Below, piece after piece: positions 12,367 through 23,713 of a DNA stretch of 64,000 nt (position 1 is its first letter; each line of letters opens with the position of its first letter). The DNA comes from Syncephalis fuscata S228 (Eukaryota; Fungi; Zoopagomycota): contig JAHLTZ010000065.1 of the NCBI GenBank assembly GCA_025786725.1, positions 1-64,000 of the forward strand, written 5' to 3'. Under the pieces are notes generated by a model that searched no databases, had not been told where the DNA came from, and was given only the letters and a program-made list of their open reading frames with translations. The translations under genes were made by a program, and so were the position numbers.

Positions 12367-15120
12367 ATTGTTGCTTTATTTAGCTAGTAAAGACTGAATA
12401 TATACAAATCATTAACTACTGTTTGATTCGGTTCTTTAGTCAGTAATGAACTAATGGTTTATAGCAAGCTGCCTCACAGCCATTACTGTTTAACTGAAAA
12501 TTGCACACAATGAAACAATGTAACAAGCGTAGCGATGACTGATTTGCTGGCTATATTGTGTTGTGTGCCAGGTATTATGAAAGAGGTTTTACGGCTCATT
12601 TTCCATAAAATAGTTGGTTATAGGTAGCTCAATCAGTTTATATTTATTAAATGGTTTATATTTCGTGCATCTTTAATATCATTAAGACCTTGGTCATCCT
12701 ATAGCAATTGCTATAAATATTTAAACTCGCGTGAGTATTACCAAAAAATACATTTAAATGTTCAATGTAGCCATGCGATTACATAAACGTATTTGTTCAA
12801 TTAAATACCAGTCCGAGTTTAATGTGAATGCATTATACCTGTCGTCTTCATATCTTCTTTCAATTGATATAGCTTTTTTGACTTTCTTATGAATTCATCA
12901 TATTTCGCAAAAGTAAACTCCTGCTTTTTTGTATTAAACAGTATGTTATTGCTATTTGCGGGAATTGGCTCAGCATTAATAAGTGGTAGTAGTCCATCGT
13001 TAAAAGCATAACAAAGTTGCCGATAGCTTATCGACAAACAAACGTGCTGATAGCTTACTAATAAACAGGTGTGCTGTCAGTTTTTGCATAGATTTGGACT
13101 GCCATTTATAATGTATTAGGTACTCGAAAATAGAAAGTTTAATTTTTGATGTATATTGATAAAATAAGACTCGAATATAGCTCAATATAGTCGGTGCAGA
13201 TTATATAGACGCTTTGATGGCTGATATAATGCACTCTGAAGCTTTGGCTTAATTATACTAATCTAAATTATGTAGATTTGGCTTGAATTTTTGTATGAAT
13301 TTATTCAAAAAAGTTGTAATTAGCGCTTTGAAGTCTAATAAATTAACAGTGGATGCGTTGAACACCAAATACGCTTTTTTAACGTATCAATGTAATAATT
13401 ATTCTCAAATGCAGTTAATAAAGAATTACTTGTTAATCCAATTGTGTTGTATGCATCGACAGAAACCAGAGGATATATATAATTGAAAATTTAGTGGGAT
13501 TTAGTAGACGTGCCATAAATATTAGTAATCGTATTTGTTATTATTAATAGAGCAATAAAATAATATAAATTGCTTACTATTGTTTTTTTCTGCTTTACAA
13601 TATAATATTTCCATTTAAATTGTTTTTATGTATGCTTCATTCACTAAATAAATAAAGATTCAATGCAATAAACTAGAGTGTATTTAAGAATAAATGCGAA
13701 TAACAAAATGATGCATATTATTCTATGCTTTAAAACATTTCTGTGGCCATATGTATTTGCAATAATTGTGTAGATTGTAGGCAATAGAACCATGCAAACT
13801 ATAATGTTAGCATATGTTTATTGCATGCAGTTATAGCTAGTACTTGTTAGAATGACACTTTTATAGTAGATATTTTACTGATATTAAATGTATACCTAGC
13901 CTAATTTCAGATCCAATGGCTTGTATCGTCTTTTCAGTTTAACAAAGTAGTTATTTCATAAATTTGTTCTATTTTCACTGGCTTTAATAAAGTTGTTTAA
14001 ATTGTGCCACTAATACATATTCATTTGCAAATACAATTAAATAGCATGGATTTCGATGATACGACAATCAGTAGTATTTCTGCTACTGTTGAATCTATTC
14101 AAGTGGAAAGATAGAATGACTAGGTTTGCCGGTCCATTTTAAATCAGTACAACTGCCGTCGATAATATAGACTTTTTTTTACTAATAAATAAACATTTAA
14201 GATATTGTAACGCTTCCAAGACTGGCTCTTGCTCCCCGTGTCAGTAGTGTCAATTATTACCAAATACAAAAACTCACCAAATCAGTACGCAGCCAACTTG
14301 CTATTTTACATATAAGTACTTACCATTAGTAACAAACAATAAAGCATTAGTATTAGTTCTACTCCAACTTTGATTTTATATTTTTATTGGTGTCTTATCT
14401 AGATTTGCAAATTGACCATTGTTGTAAAAATCACGACAGTGCACTAAATTACAATATATTAATATTGTAAATTGCAAAAACCATATAACAAAGCTAAAAG
14501 TTTATTACTAACTGTATTCTTTCGGTAAATTTTGATTCATCTTGTTTATTACTTTTGGTCAATTGCATATAATATAATTTCGTCATCTCCATTCACGTAG
14601 TTGATTTGTCTATTTATTTGTTATATAATATTCCATGGTTTATTTTCATGTTTTATTAAAAAGCGTCTTTATTCTAATTTCAGCATACTATTATTTAGCT
14701 ATATAATAATGATAGCTTTGCTACTATCCATACCAATTTATGCATATAACTTACATGATATAATCATACACATTTTTAAATTTAACTATTTAATTAATAA
14801 TTGTCATTATTGAATTTAAATAGAACATGATTATAGATATAGCAATTTGATTATAGATATAGTTAAAATGAAACCATAAGTTTATTACGATAAGCTTGCA
14901 CAGTTGAATAGAAACAACTAGATGCAAGCCTGTCGATAAAATAATGATTCCATTGGTTAAAGACTGGATAAACCGGAGCATTGGCCAAAACTTGATATAT
15001 AGGTGGACTGGACGGCGTAGTTGTCAAATGGTCTTGCTTTTCACCGAATATATACCTAAAGTGTATTGGACTAGTGGCTTGATTGCACTACCAATGCTGA
15101 TGTCTTGAAACCATCGACCA

Positions 15121-18100
15121 TTCTGTATTTACAGATAAAGATATCATATGCCATATAATTAATGAATAAGCCATCAATATATAATGCTACTTACAGCCTA
15201 TTATTATTAAGTTATTGATGCACATAATAAATAACATGTGATTAATGGATAATCAATTAATATACAGTAACTTACAATAATCTAATGTTGATTTGTTGAT
15301 GGATACAATGCATGGCGCATAATTAGTGTATAGTCAGTTAATACAAAATACAACTTACTGCCTATTAATATTAAGTTATTGATACATAATACATTGTATA
15401 TAGTTAGCGCATGTTCAGTTAATACATAATATAACTTACTGCCTATTAATATTAAATAATTATTACAATTAGTAAATAATATAATTATTGTATAATCAGT
15501 TAATATACAGTATCACTTACACCCTATTAATATTAAACAATTAGTATAATTAGTAAAAAGCATAATTAATGTATATTCACTTAATACACAATATCACTTA
15601 CATTCTATTGATATTAAACAATTAGTATAATTATTAAAAGCATAATTAATGTATATTCGGTTAATATACAATACTACCTACCCCCTATTCATATTAAACA
15701 ATTGATACAATCAGTAAATAGCATAGTGAATGTATAGTCAGTTAATATACAATATCACTTACTCTCTATTAATATTAAACAATTGGTACAATTAGTAAAT
15801 AGCATAATTAATGTAGTCAGTTAATATACAATACCACACGGGGGACATTGCTAGCCTAGTGGTATGGCAGCGTCTCCCGAGCTGTAAGGCTTCGGGTTTA
15901 AACCCCAGTTTAAACCAATCCTTAAGTGGAAAATCCTCCCCTCCCCAGTTTTCTCTAGTAAACAGATTGCAAACCAGAAACCCAAGTAGGTCCGGAAACA
16001 AGATCTTGGCCAGAATAGCCGAAAAAAAAACAATTGGGACCAACTTCAAAAGAAATAGTGCTGTGTAGCACCATTCAAAAGAAGATGGCCCCCGCGTGGA
16101 ATCTATATGGACCGGATTTTGCGCAAAAATGTGGCAGTCCACCCGTTAATTTGGAGATGTCCAAAATAGTGGGAAGCAACGCAAATTTGACAAAATGCGC
16201 AGCGGGGGCTCACAAGCTCTTCTAATAAATAAATATATAATACTACTTACTGCCTATTAATATTAAACAGTTAGTACAATGAGCAAATAGCGTAGTTAAC
16301 GTATAGCCAATTAATATACAATACCACTTACAAACTATTCATATTAAATAATTGGTACAATCAGTAAATAGCATAATTAATGTATAGTCAGTTAATATAC
16401 AATACCACTTACACCCTATTAATATCAAACAATTAGTACAATTAGTAAATAGTATAGTTAATGTATAGTCAGTTATTATACAGTATCACTTACATCCTAT
16501 TAATATTAAACAATTGGCACAATTAGTAAATAGCATAGTTAATGTATAGCCAGTTAATATACAATATCACTTACTAGCTAATAATATTAAGCAGTTGGTA
16601 CAAATAGTAAATAGCATAGTTAATTTATAGTCAGTTAATATACAATGTCACTTACTAACTATTAATATTAAACAATTGATATAGTTATTAAATAGTATAG
16701 TTAATGCATATTCAGTTAATACACAATATCACTTACTCTCTATTAATATCAAACAATTAGTACAATTAGTAAATAGCATAATTAATGTATAGTTGGTTAA
16801 TATACAATATCACTCACTCCCTATTAATATTAAATAATTAGTACAATTATTAAATAGCATAGTTAATCTATAGTTGGTTAATATATAATACCACTTACAT
16901 GCTATTAATATTAAATAATCGGTACAATTAGTAAATAACATAATTAATGTAGTCAGCTAATATACAATATCACTTACAATCTATTAATATTGAATAATTA
17001 ATACAATCAGTAAATAATATAGTTAATGTATAGCCAATTACTATACAACTTACTGGCTATTGATATTAAATAATTGGTGCAAGCAGTAAATAGCATGGTT
17101 AATGCATAGTCAATTAATATACAATATCACTTACGGTCTATTAATATCAAACAATTAACATTATTAGTAAATAGCATAGTTACTATATAGTTAGTTAATA
17201 TACAATATCACTTACCGCCTGTTGATATTAAACAATTGGTACAATCAGTAAATAGTATAGTTAATGTATAGTTAGTTAATATACAGTATCACTTACATTC
17301 TATTAATATTAAACAATTGGCACAATTAGTAAATAACATAGTTAATGTATAGCCAGTTAATATACGATACAACAGAGAACGTTGCTAGCCTAGTAGGTAA
17401 GGCAGTGTCTCCCGAGCTGAAGGCTCCGGGTTTCAAACCGCAGTTTAAATCAATCCTTAAGTGAACCCCACCCCCGTTTATCCAAAAAAACATGTTTAAC
17501 AAGTAGGTCCGGAAACAAGACCTTGGCCAGAATAGCCGAAGAAAAACAATTGGGACCAACTTCAAGAGAATAGTGCTGTGTAGCACCATTCAAAAGAAGA
17601 TGGCCCCGCATGAAATCTATATGGGCCGGATTTTGCGCAAAAATGTGGCAGTCCACCCGTTAATTTGGAGATGTCCAAAATAGTGGGAGTAGCGCAAATT
17701 CTTGAATTATGCGCAGCGGGGGCTCACGAGCTCTTCAAAATAAAATAATACGCAATAAAACTTACGATCTATTAATATCAAGTTGTTGATAAAAACAGTA
17801 TATGGATATAATTAGTGAGTAATTAATTCATATACAATACAACTTACCTCCTATTAATATTAAGTTATTGATATATAATACATAATATATAATTAGTACA
17901 TAGTTAGTTGATATGTAATGTTACTTACTAACTATTACATCGAGTAATTGGTACACAGTGCATGACACATAATTAGCACATAGCCAGTTAATACACAATG
18001 CTACTTACCGCCTATTAATATTAAGTTATTGATATACATAGCACAGAATATATAATTAGCCAATGTTCAATTAATATACAATATAACTTACATTCTATTA

Positions 18101-18763
18101 GTATTAAGTTATTGATATACATGGTACATGGCATATAATTAGTTTATAGTCAATTAATATACAATACACCTTACGATCTATGGCATTAAGTTGTTGATAT
18201 ATGCAATACATGATATAATTAATTTATGTAATTAATATACAATATCACTTACCGCCTATTAGTATCAAGTTGTTGATACACATGGTGTATAGCATGCAAT
18301 TAGAGAGTAATTAATCAATATACAATACAACTTACAGCCTATTAATATTAAGTTATTTATACGTATAATACATGGTACATAATTAGTGCATAGTCGGTTA
18401 ATATATAATACCACTTACTGTCTATTAATATTATTTATACGTATAATACATGGTACATAATTAGTATAATCAGTCAATATATAAACTTACAGCCTATTAA
18501 TATTAAGTTATTTATACGTATAATACATGGTACATAATTAGTGCATAGTCGGTTAATATATAATACCACTTACTGTCTATTAATATTAGGTTAGAAATAC
18601 TGTTAGTAAGCATAATAATATAATATATCTATTGCTATTGAAACATACAACGACGAACCAAAGCTGGTTTATCATCCATCTTGATTGATCTAGCATTCAC
18701 TATGGCTGTAGTGGCTATCAAAGCCACAAAGACGGTACAAACGACGGCAATAGAAAGCTTCAT
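15121..18763 (-). CDS. Micro-exon gene encoding a 72-aa prepro-peptide with a 34-aa, 6-Cys mature peptide
   Basis: Exon 1 is 18763-18649 (signal + pro-peptide ending LVRR + T). Micro-exons by lowest + coordinate, read on minus strand: 18574 ACA, 18491 GCT, 18419 ACA, 18336 GCT, 18253 GCG, 18175 ATC, 18092 AAT, 18009 GCG, 17929 TTA, 17848 GAG, 17766 ATC, 17297 AAT, 17216 GCG, 17135 ACC, 17054 CCA, 16978 ATT, 16899 CAT, 16818 GGA, 16737 AGA, 16656 TTA, 16575 CTA, 16494 GAT, 16413 GGT, 16332 TTT, 16251 GCA, 15763 AGA, 15682 GGG, 15602 AAT, 15521 GGT, 15440 GCA, 15359 GCA, 15276 ATTATT, 15195 GCT. The last exon starts AA (15122), completing TAA. Confidence 0.85.
15838..16233 (+). mobile_element. 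tRNA-derived SINE-like element, copy 1 (in an intron of the micro-exon gene)
   Basis: A-box-like TAGCCTAGTGG (15852-15862), B-box-like GGTTTAAACC (15895-15904), GC-richer body, A-rich tail AATAAATAAAT, possible TSD AATATA(C/T)AATAC. Homologous to 17371-17748. Confidence 0.7.
17371..17748 (+). mobile_element. tRNA-derived SINE-like element, copy 2
   Basis: TAGCCTAGTAGG (17386-17397), GGTTTCAAACC (17429-17439), shared body (e.g. GGATTTTGCGCAAAAATGTGGCAGTCCACCCGTTAATTTGGAGATGTCC), tail AAAATAAAATAAT. Confidence 0.7.
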
Positions 18764-18804
18764 GGTGTTATTGAATTGTTAAGACAAACAAATAAAAGCG
18801 ATGG

Positions 18805-18911
18805 TAGAGTGTGGCTGGTATAGAGTGGAGAGTAGTGCGTGTATAGCAAGAAGTGGAGTGTGGTTGGTATAGAGTGGAGAGTAGTGTGTGTTTAGTAGGA
18901 AGTAGAATGTG
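18805..18911. repeat. Two-copy ~50-bp tandem repeat just upstream of the micro-exon gene
   Basis: GTGG(C/T)TGGTATAGAGTGGAGAGTAGTG(C/T)GTGT occurs twice. Confidence 0.75.
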
Positions 18912-19157
18912 ATGATGATATCGCAGTTGGTTGTGTATATTTTGTGGGCTATTTAAACTTATGACTATGTTGAGGTATTAGTATACTGTAGTATACAAGA
19001 TATACCATTGATGTGTAGTATGAACCAATAAAACAATTCAAATAATGGTTTGAGGTGCACATGTACCAATAAATTCATGGCGTGATGGTATGCTCCCAGT
19101 CTTGATTTCGACCTGCTTGGCATTTACACAAATAACACGGCAATTCCAATGAGCATT

Positions 19158-19552
19158 ACATATGCGACAATGTACATCATTTTGTATTTTTTGTTACACG
19201 GTTTAACTATTTAGTGAAAGCATGATATTGTTTGGCTTTGTAAAAGCGATAATGATATCTTTGCCACCATTTTTACCATTCAGTCCTCAATATCTGTATG
19301 CATACTAAACAGCACACAACCTGCCCGGTCTTTACTTCAATCTGCTAGTCATTTGCACGAGTGCTGTAGCAGTGTTCATAATCCAGTACATATGCGATAA
19401 AAATAGACATGTTCGCCTGTATTTTTTGTTGCACAATTTAACTATTTGGTAAAAACAAGTATATTGCTTGGTTTTGTAAAAGATAATGATGTCTGTCCCA
19501 TTGCTACCGATTCAGTCCTCAATATCTGCATGCATACAGAATAGCACACAAC
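19158..19552. repeat. Diverged ~160-bp direct repeat (19158-19320 / 19389-19552)
   Basis: Shared CATATGCGA...TGTATTTTTTGTT...TTTAACTATTT...TTCAGTCCTCAATATCTG(T/C)ATGCATAC...AGCACACAAC. Confidence 0.7.
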
Positions 19553-20612
19553 GCTGATGCAAAAACAAGTTAATACATCAAACTAGTATTTTATACAGGT
19601 TTTTACTGCTATACATAGGTCAGTTGTAATTTCTCAAATTATAAAGTGTATTGATTGGTACATGTATGCATTTCATTTGACACTATGCCCATTGTTATGG
19701 GGTAATCATTGTTCTAAATTTACAAATGCATCACATCCAGGCATATCATACTACATGTTGTCAACCACCATCATTCAAATGGCGGCCAATCCAAATGACC
19801 TGAAATCGACTATACAATAATTACTGTTTGCAGCATGATGCATCATGGCATTTTAAGCAATGGAACATTCCAATAAGCCATTTTTGTCATTAATTTTCAG
19901 TTGCAAACTAGATTGCATCGACTAAACTACACGCAATACAATATGCAGCCGCTGGATTAGACACAATAGAAAGTTCTAACCAAATACCAGAAATTGCGAG
20001 TGCATAATGTCAATGGATTGCATATCAATTGGTAATCATCCAAGGCCTAAGTGCTGCTTACATTTCTAAAATCACTTCTGATAAGTCAAGCAAGATAGAA
20101 TATAGAAGAACAAGCCAAAGCAGAAACCAATAGAAAACAATTGGCAGCTCAAAGATTTACTGGTTTAACCCATAGCAAATCACTATAGCTATGCTAAGCT
20201 AAACTGCATTTATCAAAAGTTGGCTGCTTTTCATGCGGCTAGAACAACAGCAACGTTAAACAGAGATAACACACAGAAAACAAAGAGTTGTAAATAAAAT
20301 TAAATCAATGAGTTTTGGTAATTAAACAACTTATCGTCGTCACTACAATTTATAATTCTGATTATTTGTACGGATAAATATTTACAATCACATTGTAGCT
20401 TCTTATATACTTGCATTTACACGATCATCAACTAAAACAACTAGTATAAGGCTTAATCTAATTATTTACCAGAGTAAGCAGCTAATATTATACATTATTG
20501 AAATAATAGAAAAACATATTAATTTATTTATTAACCATTAATAAAAAGCTATATAGCTATATATTAAAGTAAAACATTGGATTGAGCACGTAGTATTTAT
20601 ATAAGCAAGCTA

Positions 20613-21380
20613 CTGTACTTTGATTTCTACATTTTTATTTACTCATTTCATTATCTTTTCTTATCGCTATCTTATTGTTCTATTCAGTGATACATTATAT
20701 GCTAATGCCAAATATAACAATATAAATAACATGTGTATTTGAACATCAATAAAGAACATATTCAATCACTAGTCTTTATTTCTCTTATTTTACATTAGCA
20801 CCTGTTCAAGTAACCTCAACGGCATGTCGTATATTCTGGTTACAACTGTCGTCACAAGGTCTTTCTGATGAAAACACTCAACCTATCATTATTGCATATG
20901 GTGGAGACCGATTTGCTTCATCGATAGTCGGCAAATAATCTGCGCCTACCAAGTTGATGCCAAGAATGCTTAAGAGAATGGTGAACATTAGGAACGCTAG
21001 TCGCCCTACCTTCTTGTCATCATAAATAAGTATCTTACATCACAAATATGCCCAAAATGCAACAGTACAAGATTGGAAAATAGAAGAGACCATTTAGATG
21101 CAAGAAACCACACTGACGTAGTAACAACAATAACAACTGCAAAATGACATGGAATCGCGATCAATGGCTTTTATTAATATCCAATCAATATTTCTACGCA
21201 TGGTCAACAGTAATAATGATCGATATCGTGAATTTCAAGTAGTAAAATGAAGACACTATACTTGTGTTTTGTTATGCATAACAGCAGCAACAGTGGCCAT
21301 AGAATGACCATTTTATTACAACCGACTTTAATTGGAACTAATTTTGCTTTGAAACGCAAAATGTGAGAGTCAAAGTATAA
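20613..21380. mobile_element. MITE-like element, copy 2 (inverted, more diverged)
   Basis: Ends TA|CTGTACTTTGATTTCTACATTTT and AAAATGTGAGAGTCAAAGTATAA. The interior is the reverse complement of 8858-9625. Confidence 0.72.
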
Positions 21381-22980
21381 CAAAACCAAATTTATTAATA
21401 CTGCTGTATTACTATCGACTAATTTGGATCAATAAATTAATAGCGAGCTTTTTGACTGCAGCAAGCATTAAGCTCAATTATTGGCACTATTACACATGGT
21501 AATTTAAATTTACTCTATATAATAAGCATAATCTAATATCATGTTGTAATCAAGGTACATGAAGCAATATCCAATTCTCGACCTGGTATTAAGTTCGTCT
21601 ATGGCTAACTTTTATTATTATTATATTATTTGTTATTCACGCCATCTGAGATATTACATTTACTGTGTTATTGATAGGTTTAAGACTGGTGTACGAATTT
21701 CGACCTTCATCGTTGAATTTATTACATCAATCTGTAGGTTTACAGATACTTTTATTACTATACTAACTACATTCATGACTCTACATCGATTTAATACGGC
21801 CCGTCAGTATGGCAATGAATGATGTATTGCTGCTATAACTTTAGTGTAATGTTTTTAATTTTATTTAGAACTACTTTTTATCTTGAAATGAATATTTGTG
21901 AGTTTAAACCGTGTCAAACATAACTTATACCGTATCTATTGCCAACCATTAAGGTCAAATTACAGTCTGCCTTAAGCATGCCCGTCAAATAGCGACACTT
22001 TTAATTATTATCCATGTATATTGCATTATTTCAACAGCAATTTACTAACTCAATTTATACTCACGTTAACACTTTCGACTTTTCAAAATCCATTTATTCT
22101 ATCCCAAGTTTTAGTATAATACACACTTACTATAGCTCATTGTTGCTATAATGTATAAATATTGTAATAAATTTATTTTATAAATATCGTATCATTCCAC
22201 TGTATCGTTTATTCATACATTAATATGTTTATAAGCTTTATTTTCCACATTACCATTAAACCTGTCGAAATCCAAGTACACATCGTGGATTTCACTAGTA
22301 AATTGGTTTTACATTGATAATTGCACCACGCCTTTGTAATATAATATTTAACCAATTAGTTAAGCATAATATCTGCAATTATGTCAGCAGCTCTTTTTAT
22401 TTTTGCTATTGACTTGCTATTCAAACTACTGCAAAAATACGTTAAATGCCTATGAAATAATGTTGACGAAAACACTCTAATGATCGCCGGTTATACAATT
22501 CAAGTTGCTTATACAGTTTACAACCTTGGGCTGTATATGCTACACGATGAAGACAAATCCGAGTTTAGTAACGCATACTTGGTCTTTAATGGCCTGTGGA
22601 CTTTAATTTGTCAATATTGAATAAGGATACAAATTTACTAGTCGCATTGTGATCGTTATCAACAGTTGTTGTAAACCCAAATATAGCGACAAAAGTTTTC
22701 TTAAACTCCACTACCTTTTCATGCTATTCTAATAGCGTGACGCAATCCGAATACAAATCATGCTTTCAACCGATTGATAGTGTACTTTCTCCTATTATGC
22801 TCAGCATAACTACTGGGCTGATTCTAAGCAAATAGTAGTTTTAAACCGACACACTATCCATTGTAATCGTATATAAATCGACATTGATACTTGGGTATGA
22901 AACAAAAATCATGACTGTTTACCTAATTTTTAATAATTGCTATCCAGAATCCAAGTTATTGCTAGATAAATTTAATTTTA

Positions 22981-23713
22981 TTGTACTTTGACTCCCACAT
23001 TTTGAGTCCTTAAAGCAAAAATTTGTTCCAATTCAAGTCGCACTGTTATGCATAACAAAACACAAGTACAGTGTCTTCATTTACCTACTTTGAAATTCAT
23101 GAGGCCGATCATTGCTGCTGGCCATGCGTAGAAACATCGATCGAATATTAATAAAAGCCATTGATCGCGATTCCATATCGTCCCGCAGTTGTTGTTGTTG
23201 TTGTTACTAGGTACAGTGTGGTTTCTTGCATCTGAATAGACTCTTCTATCGCCAATCTTGTACTGTTGCATTTTGGGCATATTTGCGATGTAAAATACTT
23301 ATTTATGATGACAAGAAGGTAGAACAACTAGTACTTCTGATGTTGACCATTGTCTTGAGCATTCTTGGTATCGACTTGGTAGGTGCAGTTTATTTGCCAA
23401 CCATTAATGAAGCAAATGGCCTTTACCATATGCAATAATGATATACTGAGTGTCTTCGCCAGGAAGATCTTGTGGCGACAGTTGTAACCAGAATATACGG
23501 CATGCCGTTGAGGTTACTTGAACAGGTGCTAATGTAAAATAAGAGAAATAAAGACTAGTGATTGAATATGTTCTTTATTGATGTTCAAATACACATGCTA
23601 TTTATATTGTTATGTTCGGCATTAGCATATAATGTATTACTGAATAGAGCAATAGGATAGTAATAAGAAAGATAATGAAATAAGTAAATAAAAATGTGGG
23701 AATTAAAGTATAG
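22981..23713. mobile_element. MITE-like element, copy 3 (small internal deletion near left end)
   Basis: Ends TA|TTGTACTTTGACTCCCACATTTT and AAAATGTGGGAATTAAAGTATAG|TA. The interior is nearly identical to copy 1. Confidence 0.72.

Larger units (their letters stand above)
15190..18590. repeat. Tandem array of ~81-bp intron+micro-exon units
   Basis: The central unit on the minus strand is approximately GTAAGTGATATTGTATATTAACTGACTATACATTAACTATGCTATTTACTAATTGTACCAATTGTTTAATATTAATAG + NNN. The period is exactly 81 bp from 16251 to 16899. Confidence 0.95.

Noticed and set aside
15841-15912. Functional tRNA gene
   Set aside because: A/B-box-like motifs are present, but I cannot fold a full cloverleaf and the sequence continues into a repeated body with an A-rich tail.
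15792-17656. ORFs 15792-16142, 15859-16068, 16034-16225, 17326-17589, 17450-17656
   Set aside because: They lie in the SINE-like insertions and their frames are not conserved between the two copies.
15190-18590. CRISPR array or plain satellite
   Set aside because: The context is eukaryotic, the variable parts are only 3 nt and there are no cas genes. The invariant positions are splice signals and the variable triplets form a coherent ORF.
21540-22900. Possible gene remnant (also 12819-13490)
   Set aside because: Only short ORFs with no recognisable motif or consistent splice model.
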